From Diadema antillarum (lineage: Eukaryota), in NCBI RefSeq assembly GCF_040938485.1, contig NW_027270946.1, positions 2,418,001 to 2,482,000 of the forward strand: 64,000 nt of DNA, given 5' to 3'. How positions within the stretch are numbered: position 1 is the stretch's first letter; each line of letters begins with the position of its first letter. The notes beneath the pieces were generated by a model. That model was not told the DNA's origin. It was given only the letters and a program-made list of their open reading frames with translations, and made no database searches. Positions 1-14,100 of this stretch are shown piece by piece. The translations under genes and the position numbers were made by a program.

Positions 1-76
1 CTGCATTTTGATTTATTAATACAACTGTATCATTATCATTGGCATTGCTTACACTGTGGAAAGTAGTTCGACTTAC

Positions 77-173
77 TGAGTGTAATGTCATGATACAACA
101 CTTTCAAAAACATATAGAATGCAACTGCCAGAGTTAGAATACGATGTGGTAGTACCACTACTGGTACTTTCAT
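77..173 (-). CDS. Putative first coding exon of a secreted or type II membrane protein continuing off the left edge of the window
   Basis: ATG at 173 reads MKVPVVVLPHRILTLAVAFYMFLKVLYHDITL, with a hydrophobic core. A GTAAGT donor follows at 76 (phase 1). There is a TTTGTTTGCAG acceptor at 325-326 and CpG-rich promoter-like DNA at about 400-850. No family recognised. Confidence 0.35.
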
Positions 174-1255
174 TTGAAGAGGAGGATCCCAGGTACCAAG
201 ACTATGACGGACACTCAGCGGCGCGCAAGCCCACGTTGAGCGGGAGCGGTGGCCGCAGTGACAGGTCAAGAAACACCACGAAAACTTGGTATCTGGGCTT
301 TTACTCCACAGGTGACAAAGATACCTGCAAACAAATTCTAACTCGCAAAATGGATGGGAGTAGAAAGCATACCTACGTTTTTAGTAGCAAAATGAGATCC
401 GTGTCCGCACGTTTTATCACAGAGGACAGTCTTCCGATAATGTCACGTTCCTCAGGCAATTTGAAAAACAAAGAGCTTGCCCGATTTCCGACAAAGACGT
501 CGTTGGATCCAACCGGTAGTCCCGTTTCACCTCGCTGGTTTCTGTGTGAAAGCAAGACACGGTTGCCTCACACATCACACCGCAGCAGTCGGATGAAAGG
601 GGCTTCGCTTGCGGTTGCTCCGTGAACCAAAGATTGTCTCTCCTCTTTTCAGGCTTCAGCTTTAGTGTGCGAATACAGCTCGCAGATGGCGCTGTTATCA
701 GCTACTGAAATAAGGGAGTTCACCCGCACCCGACGCGAAACAGATAACATTAGGCGTTTTCACATCAGCCCGATAAAAATCCAAGCTCGAGATATTTTCC
801 AATTTCCCAAGTCAGAAAATAGCGCGCTATTTCGAAACATCGGGCTGATGTGAAAACGCCTATTGACATGTACAAATAATTTAGTCTTTATTTCTGATTC
901 AACGTAAATGAAATGAACACAGTCCACTTGAATGTGTAAACAAACTAAAACAGAACAATAAAGTGATTCTGACGGAACTTAGATCATCTAAAATACAGAT
1001 TTAAGTGTTATCATTTGGATATGGCAGGCTGATGAAGAATGATTCAGAATATCAATTCACAGCGCTCCTTCTTCCATTGTTGGCCTCTGAATGTGGCTAG
1101 CTGGCTGGAAGTCGACTCCAGTTTATAATTAGGAGAAAGTTATAGGCTACTTCCGGAAGAGGAATACAGCGATATGAATAAAGAAATAGAAGGTGGCTTC
1201 ATCATAGATCCTACTTCATCAGCAGTCAATACTTCCAGTATTTACTCTTGCTCTT

Positions 1256-1400
1256 CAGTGGCCGATCTATAAGCGGGGCGCACCGGGCGCGCGCCACTCC
1301 CCCACCCCCTTTATTTTTGTTAAAACAAAAGAAATAAAACGAAAATGGGGGGCGGGGGGAGGCGTGCGCCCCCTTTAAGAAATTCCTGGATCCGCCCCTG
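1256..1400. mobile_element. GC-rich MITE, copy 1 (CAG[T/G]GGCGGATCCA TIR family)
   Basis: Ends are CAGTGGCCGATCTA and TGGATCCGCCCCTG, with 5-bp direct repeat CTCTT at 1251-1255 and 1401-1405. The internal sequence resembles the copies at 20612 and 61366. Confidence 0.8.
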
Positions 1401-1944
1401 CTCTTAGACATTATGATTTTCTTCGCATACAATCGTTTGAATTGTATCTCTTTTGACGTTTCAAAAGAGATACAGTTGCAATTTTTGTGATGATATTCTC
1501 CGTTTTAATTCAATTTACATCTAATCTCCAATATCAACTATTATTATCCATACAGAGGATTTTTAGAGCCCAAATACAAGTGTTATTTTGTCGACGCACC
1601 TCATAACCTCCGACCCACTTAGAAAGTTTGTTGAACTCGACCAATATTTTTTGTCGAGGCGACCAATATTTAAAATATTGGACGGCAAGAGGGGGATTCC
1701 CCAAAGTTTTTATAAACTGCACCGTGATTGACTGAGGTATATACGAGATACCATGAAATATGAAGTAAAAACGTCTGTGATTGGTCAATCACGAATTAAC
1801 TAAAATATCGTTTCTTCTAAATTTCTGTGTTTATACAAACAAATTTCAAATATCAATTAGTTGAAATTGTTTTTGCACACAATTTTTCAAAATATCACTT
1901 TCATACCAGGGAATTAGATTTAGGTTTGATGAAAACAAGTTTTT

Positions 1945-1948
<4 letters not shown>

Positions 1949-1984
<36 letters not shown>
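1949..1984. repeat. (TG)n microsatellite
   Basis: Direct reading. Confidence 0.95.
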
Positions 1985-1985
<1 letters not shown>

Positions 1986-3818
1986 ATGCAGGCGACGATT
2001 GATCAGCTCTGCTCAGCGCTACTGCTACACAGCCCGCGCGCGATATACAAATACATGTAGCCGGCCGCCGCTTGCATTTGCATGCGCGACATGCATATTG
2101 CAGTTACTATACTAGTACTGTACATGTATTGTACGTTATGTAAGTACAGTAGGACTACAGTACTACGTTGTGGTAGTAGCCTAATTCGATCTTTCACGAT
2201 CTACGGTATCATGTGACGTGAATTGTTTCTCAGATCTCGGATACAAATACATATAATTCTGGTCTAAATTAGCTAGATCTCGGTCTAACAGTAAAATGAC
2301 GGCTACCTTGGATACGTAGATCACTGTTTTATTGAGACTGAAGTGGATTAACTTGCACTGAAGAGTGTGCATGTACGTGGTACCATACCCCATGTCAGGA
2401 TCAAGTACAGTAGGAGACCATACAGCACTCGGAGACAGAAAGGGTAGGCCTAGGCCTAAGTGAAAAAATTATTTGCTGAAATCCTCTGTAGGATAATAAT
2501 GATAATATTGAATGTCCTATTTTCGATTAATACAAGGAAATATTGGACTCGCTAAGCAAAATATTGGACTCGTCTTCGACTCGTCCAATATTTGTGTATA
2601 GCTCGTCCAATATTTCCTTGTATTAATCTCAAGGCCATCCAATATTATAGAATTATTAGTAGTAGATTTTTTCGAAAAAAAAGGAGAAGTTTATCCATTT
2701 TTAATGCTTCAACTATAGACCTCACGACTCCTGTGGAATGAAAACAAAAATACTCTCATTCACGCATATTTATGTTTAGGATTGATTTGGAAGTATACAC
2801 AGTTAAATTAGATATTCCTGAAGCTCAGGAGGATTGTGCATTTTCAATTAAACATCTTATTGTACACTGATTCAAGATTTCACACATGAATATGAATTAA
2901 TGTTAACCAGCGTTCAGTTTCAGAAGGTCATGAGAGACTTTTCGCTCAAATAGGACATTCAAGATCATGAGAGACTCCATGAAATGGATTTTACTTTTCT
3001 TTGAAAGTCTCTTATAGCCACTATGATCGACTTTGGTCATTCTGAGATTCATGTAAAGACTTTTATGTGATGTAATAACCCCGAATAATATTACCATAAT
3101 TACCTGATCATGGAACGACGATGTTTGCGATTCAGGATGACGCCAGATGACCAAAATGAGGAAAACAATTATGATGATAATGATCATGAATGTTAATGAC
3201 GACGACGATGGTTATGACAACGATAACATTGGTAATAACAATAGTGATGAAAATAATATTCATCATCTTCATTATCCTCATCGTCATCATTCCTGCTAGT
3301 CATGTTAACATCATCGCCCACCCTCATCATTAGTTACTCACTATACATAATGTGTAGATGTTGAGCTCATCCTAGACGTTGGAAGGTGCTCAAATCATTT
3401 TAAACGATGGATCTAAGATTTATCATCAGCCCGTGTATATCTTCTGTGGGTGGAATAATTGGTTCGCACCCATTTGTAAGTCACATTCCCAAGTGAGCAC
3501 TTCAGGCGGCAGCCATTTTTTTTTTTTTTTGTTCGCACCTTGAAAGTTCTCCTTTTAGCTCCGCACTTACGAGAAGAGTGTCTCTTTGTTGTGCCATCAG
3601 AAGACAGTATAACGTCGCGTTGTCATCCAGAGGCTTTAAACTATACTCTATCGTTCAATGTCAAACGCTGTACCACATAAGTTGCCACTCGGCAGTGATA
3701 TTCCCACGATATCCTCTAAGTGCAAGGACAAAAATGGGCTCCAATGAGATAATAATGAAAGTAATTGGAATCCTATAAATACATTCTCTCTTGCTCTGTT
3801 AACGATTTTATCATGCCT

Positions 3819-3865
3819 CTTCTTCTTCTTCTTCTTCTTCTTCTTCTTCTTCTTCTTCTTCTTCT
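3819..3865. repeat. (CTT)n microsatellite
   Basis: Direct reading; it explains the poly-L and poly-R ORFs in the track. Confidence 0.95.
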
Positions 3866-4373
3866 AAGATTCAGGTATAGAATTGGACAGCCCGCTGACT
3901 TATCGTTGCCTTTAGGGTTTTGCCCATACGTATTATACAGAAATAAAATCGCCAGCATAGCAAAAGCGTCGCCATAATTTACTTATCATTTTTATTGTCA
4001 TGGTCATCTGCTTCTCTGTTGAGGTTCCTCTATACATAATCTTAAATATTCAATATGAATAAAATAAACTCTTCATTGATTTAAATTCATTTTGTGTCAT
4101 GAAATGTTATTCAACTTGATAATGAATTTATAAAATATATGTTACTTTTCATTGATATCTGGATGTATGTTACAAATACAACACTGTACACTTAGTGTGG
4201 AAACTTAATAAAATAGGATGAATTAAATGAAATAAAATAAAATGAAATATTGCCAGACTTGCCAGTTGAAGCAAAAATGACATTATTTCTTTTCGTCACT
4301 TGTATCCCTAGTCCTCTTCCACATCAAATGGTTTAGGTTACATGATGAAATCAATATTTTTTTCCATTAAAAA

Positions 4374-4424
4374 CAGCAGCAGCAGCAGCAGCAACGAACG
4401 GCGACGACGCCACCGACGACGACG

Positions 4425-4466
<42 letters not shown>

Positions 4467-4474
4467 CCAACAAC
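4374..4474. repeat. Compound (CAG)n-(CGA)n-(CAA)n trinucleotide microsatellite
   Basis: Direct reading. Confidence 0.9.
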
Positions 4475-5133
4475 TGCCTCAAGCTAAAAGTAAACCTGCA
4501 TGCAACGAAACGGTAGAAAAACTACAGTGACATAATTATGAAAATCATGGTGCAGCTATCATAATTGTATTTCTTTCATTTTGCCGGTTCTGGTTCATTG
4601 AGACTTCATTGACTTGTGCAATACAAATCGCATCGCCCGCGAGCTGCAGTTTTTTTTTTTTTTTTTTTTTTGACTCTCTTCATAGCCTTTATTCAGACCA
4701 ATCAAATGAAACTGTTACATTGTAATGACACAAAATATAACTATAATACACAGGTTGTGTGCAAAGTAGTATAGATAAAACATACATAAATTGTACACAT
4801 TTGACATGATTCAGTCACCAGTCTGAATAAAGATTTTGTCTAAAACAAATACAAGTTACATGTACCTGTCAGCCTAGACTGTGGGACGCCCCCTCGTGTT
4901 GGTCACGCACTGATGCTGAGCTGCGGTACTTTACCATGACTTCGATCCCCGATGCAGGCTGCCTGCGCCTACACTGGCAGACGAAGTCTGACTATTTAAT
5001 GTATCATCATGTTTTGTCTTGTCATTGTAGGCCTACTTTTCCTTTTCTTGAAATAATCATTACTTTTTTTCAACTGCGTTAATTTCCTTGTTATGAACAG
5101 CAGGGGCTGCCGAACATCTTTTAATTTGTCTAT

Positions 5134-5198
5134 GTGTGTGCGTGTGTGTGTGTGTGTGTGTGTGGGGGGTGGGGTGGGGGTGGGGGGGGGGGTGGGGT
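5134..5198. repeat. (GT)n tract followed by G-run array (G-quadruplex-capable)
   Basis: A GT dinucleotide run is followed by more than four runs of at least 4 G separated by single T. Confidence 0.85.
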
Positions 5199-5423
5199 GC
5201 CGAACCTTTGCAGATACTGGAGTACTTTGCAGACCCATGTATCTTACTTTGAACTCTTGCTGTCTTGCTTAATAAAACTGTATAATGTTTCTACCTCTCT
5301 GCGCGGTTTCATAATGATTCAAACTGGCAACCCGTTTCCAGTCTGAAAAATCTGAGCTGTACGGTACTATGATATGTCTCTAATGATCATAGTGTATATA
5401 AGAAATGATGTTATGCCACGCAT

Positions 5424-5426
<3 letters not shown>

Positions 5427-5462
<36 letters not shown>

Positions 5463-5464
5463 CC

Positions 5465-5496
<32 letters not shown>

Positions 5497-5497
5497 A
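5427..5497. repeat. (CA)n plus (CCA)n/(CAA)n microsatellite
   Basis: Direct reading. Confidence 0.9.
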
Positions 5498-8138
5498 CTT
5501 GTGGTTGATAACGAATAAACAAGTGACAATTTGTGACCACATTATTAGCTTATGGCAATGTTGATGAGGTCACGTTTGTCCATGGACATTTTCAAGTATA
5601 AAAAATGGGCTACTCACAAATTATGCTGCTACTAGTAGACAGCATAATTTGTGAGTAGGCCTATTTCTGCGTGCTTGAGTTATAGCCCCCCCCCCCCCAT
5701 CCCCGACCTGATCCACTCGAACATCATTATGCAACTCTGTAGGCTGTATTAAGTTCTACAATATTTGAAGTGGACAACCAAACTGTGATAAGCAGTGCGT
5801 GTACATGTAATCGTTTTTGTTCCAAGTGGAATCTCTGGTTTGTACCAGCCGTTTGTTTTTGTTTGTTTTGTGTGTTTTAATAGGAAAGTCTGTTCCCCAT
5901 ATAGCTTGAACTGCTTTATCATTATCGTTAAGTTGACGACTGCGTAATTTCATGGGCCTGGATATCAAATATAATAGGTAATGTCGAGTATAATTATCGT
6001 AAGATGCAATCAAAATGATATTTGAAATGGGAACTGCACTTTTGAAAACGTAACTGCTAACTTAGTGCAATTATTGTCAATATTTATATACGGTATCGCA
6101 TCATGATCTACATGATTATCACTATAACGATTGATCAGCGCTACAACCGTCGTCACTACCTGAACAGCTGACCGGCATATTTTTCTTGCTCTACATCACT
6201 CTACAGATTAATATGTTAACGATTTGAAAATTAGGCCATATACGTGTATTTCTATTTCTTTCTGAGGTGATGTCATATAAAATATTGCATTTTATAATAC
6301 AACGTTGCATGGTTTCATAAATATTTTTCTTTTTCTTAGTTAAAGAAGTGCTTAAAAGATTGAAATGAATTGAATCACGATGCTGAAAACTATGTGAAAT
6401 GTATGTTCTGTATTCTGTTTGACGCTTATTAGTTTGATGGAAATGCAGTACGACTGAATTAACTCAAATTGAATTGCAATGATCAAGTTTGTCATTATCA
6501 TAATAAACATCGTAACCATTAACTCAATAATTGCCAGCTACAAAATGTCGTCACCATTTTCAGTATCATCTTTGCAATCCGACTGGCATCGCAATCGTCA
6601 ATATAATCGTCATGAATTATTGCATTAGTCATCCAGTCTGTAGTCATCATCTTTATCATAATTGTCAGCATCACTATAGCGACTGTTGCCATCGTCAACA
6701 CCAGTATCGATGATCTCGCCACTATCATCGTCATCGTCACCAACAACATCTGCAATTCAACTGCCGCTATCAACTTCTATCACCAACACGAACACCTTCA
6801 ACGCCGACTCCTTGATTTCACATTAGTAATCTTCTTTAAAATAAAGGTGCACAAAATAACTTGAAAGAATCACACGTGGAGTAATTGCGTGTTGCGTTCG
6901 ATTTGTTATATATTTACAAAGATCAAGAATTAGATTCCCATGTGTCCTTTATCACGATTTGCTCCGCCAGAGTACATCTTACATCGTTTAATGTCCCATG
7001 TCCGTGACGTGCGAAAAGCTGGTCAAAGCCAAGCACTTACAGTGCATCCTAAAGATTTATTTACAACATTATTTGCATTGTATGTACAGTGTTGTCTCGG
7101 CTTTCCTTCTTTGTTACTTGGTAAATTTTTCTTAAATCTACCAAGGTTGTCAAGTAATTAGTTGCATTGAATAAACGAATCGAATAGCTTGCATAAAAGG
7201 AGATAGATAGATAGATAGATAGAAGGACAGACAAATAGAAGGAGAGACAGAGGGAGAGACAGAAAGGGAGAGAGACACTTTGGCAAAATAGTGTATGTTT
7301 GCACGAGATAAAGTGATATCTCCCTGGTTTCGACCTGTTAAGACTATTACCTACTGTGGCAATCTTATGAAATATTTTATTTGTATTCATTACTCAAATG
7401 AACATTCGTTGTGATCTTGTATACAATATTCATTGAACTTTTGAAATTCATTTTGGAGATTCTATGACTGCCTTGATCTAGCATATGCATTACTAAAAAA
7501 AAGAAGAAATAGTTTTCATGACATCATGTGGCCGTTAACCTCTGAAGACTGACGAATGGTCACCGTCAAAGAAACATTTTCTGCCAGAATGGTTTGAGCT
7601 CCGCAGATCCGGTGTCTGCTCCGGGTATATCGCATGATATCTGTGAGACGTGAAGGTAACGAGAAATGAGATCGTAACAATTCCAATGTAAAGTTGTTGT
7701 TGTTGTTTTTTTTTTTCAAGCAGAAGATATCTTCGAAAGCAATGAAGATGCTGATATTTCAAAATGTAGACGTCGTCCTGTCTGGGAAAACATTAAAGGA
7801 GAATTGCCGACCAATTAATTTCTTTCTTTCTTTCTTTTCAGACTAACTTTTAACTGTTCCAGAAACTATCGTCAAATAAAGACACACACATGAAAGCTTC
7901 AGACTACTGCAACAAATTCAAAACAGTAAGTGCAGTGGACCCATGTTTCTTGTGAACCTTAAATTGGTGGGTCAGAGTGAGGATGTTGCGTTGTATAGGA
8001 GCTCACGGCACGTTTTCATGTTGTCGAATCATTACAGACCGTGATTAACACAGTGGAAGAATGAATACGAAACATTCATGAATAATCTATTTTCCGATTA
8101 AAAAACCCGTAAAAGTTGAAGATGAATGACCTGAAACC

Positions 8139-11100
8139 TCACCGTTTGTGTGCCTCAGTCTTGAAGCGGAGACCCAGGCGATGGGGCGTCTTACTCCCTG
8201 AAGGGGTGAGACAGTCTGAGAGGGGTGCGGGTGGGAGGACAAGAGGGGTACTTCCTGCCCCCTTCCGGATCATAATTCGCTTCGCCAGCTCGTCTTGCAG
8301 CTTGCGCACGGGGTGCGACGATGATCGGATGCCCGGAAGTGCCGCCGACGGTTTAACAGCTTGAGTCCGGTAACTAGAGGGAATCGTGAAGGGCTGGTTT
8401 TGTTGCCTGCTGTATAGCATACTCGTATTGAAAGGTTGTGAGAGACGTTCAACACATTCTGGTATATTCCTGGATTCGTCCACCTGTTCGCTGATATCGT
8501 TTGCCGATGCCGACTTCAGTGCGCCAGACTCCATCACCAGAGAAGACGGCAGTGGAACGGAGGGAAGCCTCGGTGAACGCAGTGCCGACGGGTGAGGTAA
8601 AGATCTGATGTGTTCTCCTATCTTTGAGGACGAGAGGAGTTTCCGACCTGTCGAATTTGGGCCAGGAGCAGCGAGAGGAACCGCGATGTCACGGCGCTCC
8701 AGGAGCTGGGATCCGCGGATGTTTTCAATGACGAGCGATGTGCTCGGTGGCCAGCAGGGTCCCGTGCCGGGAATGGTGTAGCCACTGTCCCTGGTGTTCT
8801 CACGACTCTCGAAGATCTCTGGTGTGTCGTTGAAGCTGACGCTCCGCTTCGTGCCGACGGAACCACTCTTGGAGGACTTTGGTAGTCCCTGCGAGTCACC
8901 GACTAGGATGCCGCGCTGCCCAGCGGAGTCGCTCTTCATCAAAGGTTCCTTGGTATCGTCACCAGCATCTTCACCCTCTCCTGTCTCCTCCTCCTCCTCC
9001 TCCTCCTCCTCTTCAACTCCTTTTTGCTCTTTGTCACAGTCATCGGTATTCTCTTCTCTAATCAGGTCACTCTCCAAGAATACTGGGTTCCCTCCCAGGA
9101 GCCGTCCTCTTGCTTCCAATCTGGCTGGCTCGACATCCCGTTGCCATGTCAACGGCACTGGATCGAGTCGTTCCGATTTTGAAGCTGCCGAAGTATGTTG
9201 GAAGTCGGTGTTCTTGGAGTCTCGGGCACGGCCTCGGTAAGAGTCTTGGTAGAGAGACGTGTGGTAGAGCTTGTCATGAAGCCGACGAAGGGCATCATCA
9301 TACGAAGAGTTGGTGCTGGTCTATAACGAAAATAATTTCAAAATAACCGTCACTTTCTGTTTTGTTATTGTTACTATAAATCATCATTGTTCAACTCTTT
9401 CATTACGCTTGATGGTTACAATTACTCAGTACTACCTACAATCCATTAGTTCTCAAAAGGAAGGAGTGGGGAATTCACGCGAATGTTTGTCGCCATTCTC
9501 ATGGTGATCAATATAACTGTAACGTTGCTCGTCCTCCGATATTACTAAATCTCTTCACACACCCAATTTTCTTGAATGATAACCATTCCCCTACATACCG
9601 ACAGTATGATTCATTTAGCAATGACTTTCAACAAGCGCGAGCTCACAAACACACAAATTCAGCAAATTACATCGACAGAAGAAATCAGATATGTTATTTC
9701 TTGTATCTTACCGACTGAAATGACGCTCTGCCGTCTGTCGCATTTTCTGTAAGAACAAAGTAAGATTGGTGAAACAAACAGTACTCAATCTTCCGACATA
9801 GCAATAGAGGAACAGATGATAAACTGCAGAAAGATTGAATTCTCCCGTACTTCACCAAAATACAGAGGGAAGATTTAGGATAGCAACAAAGATCGCAATT
9901 TAGAGACCGCAAAAGAGTGCAAATGCTATGATAATTTATGACAATTTGTCACTTTTCCAAACCATCCCTACGATGCTGCTGCTTTGCTCAACGTGCACAA
10001 ATCTGATATTGTTTACTTGCTACGACGATGGAGTATAAACACGGCAAAGTAAAATAGAGACTTTGCTGAAGGCTTGATGGTTTTGCTTTCATTTGTGATG
10101 TCGCACTTTTGAGTTTACGGAAGTGTGCAATGAAAACATCTGTCACCCATGATGGAATAATGTCTGCAAGTACAAATGTCGATATTTGAAACGATCACAG
10201 AAAGGTTCTCGGTAATCTTACTAATATATAAGAGATGCCTATCACACCTGTTTTTTAATTACACTTTTGTGTCGATTTGCATGTCTTTAAACTTGAGCGT
10301 GAGAATCACTTATTGTATCCATTATCACATATAGCTCTCATCTTTTCATTACTTGTTTTCCGTGTGGATTGACCTACCGCCCCATCCCCAAACGCACACA
10401 TATAGGGAAACCCAGTTATCATCATCATAAAACATTCCCGAATAGGGTTATTGAACTTTGAATTCTTAGATTTCGAGAAGCTCAGGGTAGGTTTTCTGTA
10501 AGAATCTTGAACATGTAAATCATGTTTATATTCTTCTACTTGTATAAAATCCCAGTGCTTATTATTATCACATTTATGTCATACTTCTATCTTAATTACG
10601 AACGGCACTTATTACCTTTTGCGTCTGGTTTTGGCGTGCCATCCGGGAAGACTTCAAACATGGACTTATGGGAGTAGTACGGATGGTTGCCAGGCCAGCG
10701 GTCTCGTTGTCGGGGGAAGCTGCGGTTGTGTATAATCACGAGAGGAAAATCACCATTGATTTCTCCGCGCACTCTAACACCCTTTTACAAGACATTGCTC
10801 GGTCAAGGCATTAGCGAGCTTTAGATCGGCGACGCGAACGCTATAAGATGACGCTCATTAGGCCAAAAATGGCGTCATGCACATGCGCGAGAGAGCTGTT
10901 TTCATCGCTCGACACGGGAGGAGGCGTCGTCTATAGCGTTCGCGTTGGAGATCCAAAGCTCGTTATTGTTTGATCCAAACTAGAACTATCTGCTTTGTTT
11001 CCAGTGGTAACTATTCAAGAAAGTTCGTCACCATTATGTTATTATACAGTCTGCTGGCATACGAGATTATAGTAAGGAGTGTATGTGGTTACCATAATTG

Positions 11101-14100
11101 ATGCACTATATCTGTGACCTCAATACCCCCAAGAAGAGTGTTTGCATCTACTTGATGTGAAGAAATTCATATTTAGGAATACCAGTTATCATGGTTGTCT
11201 TGTGCTGTTAACCATCACGATTTCAAGGCTCACGGGGAGCATCGTGCAGGAGTACCACTGATTTAAGTATAACGAGAATGCTCATATGTTATGGCAATAA
11301 ACAGATTAGTATATCTAACATTGAAAATTAACAATATACAAGAAAAGAGTTGAACGCATGAATAGTAATGTAAAAAAAAGCCTAGTAAATTTGCATGTTT
11401 TTTGGGAGCGATGATGCAAAGTGTATTATTTAATCCCTTTTATGTCATGATAACGTCAGGAGTAAACTACATGTCAACGAACACGAAGTGGCGCCTCTCT
11501 GTATGCCCCTCAAACCTTTAAGCTACACCTTGGTACTCACCCTTCGAATGGAGTTTTCATCGGCGCCGATAAGCTGCAAGGAAGAAAGACGATAAGAGTC
11601 ATTTGGCAAGATGACTTGGTTTTACATATTATGAACTGACGGAGGAGACTCATTCAAGCAATATCTTTACATATACAGTAAGGTAACATTCTGCACATCC
11701 TTGTCACACCAAACGATGGAAGCAATTCAATTTGAATTCACTTTTTCTGACGGAATTGTTATCTGCTAGATTCGGGTCTGTGAGAAGGTCGTGCCTCGTG
11801 GGATAAATACACTTAATTTTAAGTAGTTTCTTTGTTTTTGTTTCAGTTTATGTGTGTGTATAATTATGTTTTCGACAACCACACCCGAACAACGGTTTAG
11901 TGTATTGTCTGTAATATCGGACGAGTCACTGTATATTCAAGTTATATAACGGACATGAATCAATTATTGAATTTCAAGGCAAATACTGATAGATGACATT
12001 TTGTACGCTTAAAACGATATTTTGCTGTTCCGAATCTCGAGAATTCAACAGAAGCAAAAGCATAGAATTACCGTTCATCGTTTATTCGGCATCCGCTCTT
12101 CGCCAAATCAGTCAACCTATAGGGCTGGTCATACATCATCCTGTTCGACACGAAAGCAAAATCAAGGTTAATTGATTCTTCAAATTAGTGAAATGCTTCC
12201 GTCGAGATATTTTCATTGCAACCGATTGACGAATTGCCCTACATCGACGTAAATAAGCACTGAATAGATCAGTGCCTTAGTGTTTTTGAAAACATCTCGA
12301 CAGAAGAATTTCACTAATTTGAATAATAAAAGCAGTACCCGCTGCATGCTGTTATAGGGATTGGAGCCAACACTTGCTGTCGGGCGGAGGCTCGGTGGTT
12401 TGGTGGAGATGACGCCTGTCCGGGGGTCGGGAGGTCGTGGGTTCGAATCCTGCTCGAGTATGTACGCCCATGATTTTTTATCATGGCTACTACTAAACAC
12501 TGATCAATTCAGTGCTTATTTACGTCGATGTAGGGCAATTTGTCGATCAATCAAGGTTAATTGAATGCTTGAACGATCAATGCAGGCCTATACCTGCTAC
12601 TTTGGAACACATGGAATGTAATGACATCCAATATGTACTCTTTTCGGATCATTATTTCTGTAAGCTACCGAGACATTTCTTTTGACAAGAATGTTGACGA
12701 TAGTCATAGACTTTCATTTGTCATGAATTTTTAATTTGACTGAGTTTACAAGGCAGAAGGAAATGATGACGATTAAATTCATGCCGATTTGACTGAATAA
12801 AGGCTGGTAAAGTTCTGCCTCTTTGTTTACTAGGATGGCCAGTAATTAGTGATTGCCACTTTTTTGTTGTTTAAAGTCACAAATGATAAAATGGAAACAA
12901 TAATGATTATGACATCGATGGATTCAGAAGTATGGCGTCACTTGCTTATTTTGAGTTCATTTTATTTCATTCCATTTTTTAATTACTTTTTCGTACAAGA
13001 ACATAACGGAGAGTCAGTTGAACAAAGTTCATGAGTAATATTCAACACCTATTGATAGTTTCAAGACATTCTATACAAACTCTTGCAGATGCTTAAAGCG
13101 TTTGATCAAACGGTTGTTAATAATCATCATTTAAAACGAAACAAACTTCCCAAACTTGCCAAAGGTGGATGAAATAGTAAGTTGATAAAAGTTACAGACT
13201 CTTAGAGATGCCGACAGGCAGACATGAAACACACAAGCAAGCAAGCAAACAAACAGACAAACAGTGGGTGAAGTACAAACAAGCAAACACACAAATTTGT
13301 CTCACGGTTTGACAACGCCGCTGCCGAAATGACGATGGCTGCGACTGACGAAGAGATCCCGGACTCTTCGGCGACCCAAGAACGGGTGTCCTCCGATTCC
13401 TCCATACTCCGTCAACTTCTCGCCCCAGTATTTACCGCCAAGGGGTGGGACTGCTTGTTGATATTCCCTGTGGAAGAAAAATTGGAAGAATGCAGAGATG
13501 ATCGTCTAACACTGCATGAAGTTGACTTCTGGAAAGAGGATGGCTCTAGAGATACGTAAAGCCCTTGATGGGACAAAAAGAGCGAGAAAGGAAAGAACAA
13601 TATCATCAAAATGGAGTAATGGCTAACGAAGAAAAAAAAGATATAGTTACAATTACATACACAAACGGAGAACAAGCGAGAGATGAAACAGAAGAAGGAA
13701 TCGAGCGCGTGATGATCGAGTCTTTGAGCCCGAAATAGGGTTTGGATTGCAAATTTACCGATTAATATTGTGCTTCTAACACAAAAAGACCGACTCAAAA
13801 GTTGTGACGAATAAACAATGAGGAATTCCGGGATGATATCATCGCGATTAAGAAAGTGTTGAAGAACGATTACAATCATCATTAATGGCCAGCAGTAGCG
13901 TTACATCTGCACTGCCCAGTTTGCCTCCTCATCATTCTCCTCTCTCATCTCCTCTCATTCTCTCTCCATCATCCTCTTCCTCGTACTCTGTCTCCACCTC
14001 ATTATTCAATCTTATTTTTCTCCTTCACTTTATGTCCGTTCTTACTAGTACCACAGTTGAAAAAAAAACTAATTTACTTTCACTTTAACTTTCTCCTTCT

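Noticed and set aside
119-625. 168-aa plus-strand ORF
   Set aside because: Non-ATG start and no homology; the splice signals here point to the minus strand.
4342-4530. Poly-S/R/Q ORF and similar poly-L/R/CV ORFs at 1827, 3765, 5134 and 43895
   Set aside because: Translations of microsatellites with no splice or codon support.
8116-9346. Several plus-strand ORFs overlapping the 8139-9320 exon, and likewise 40437-41239 over the DED exon
   Set aside because: Antisense shadows of real GC-rich minus-strand exons.
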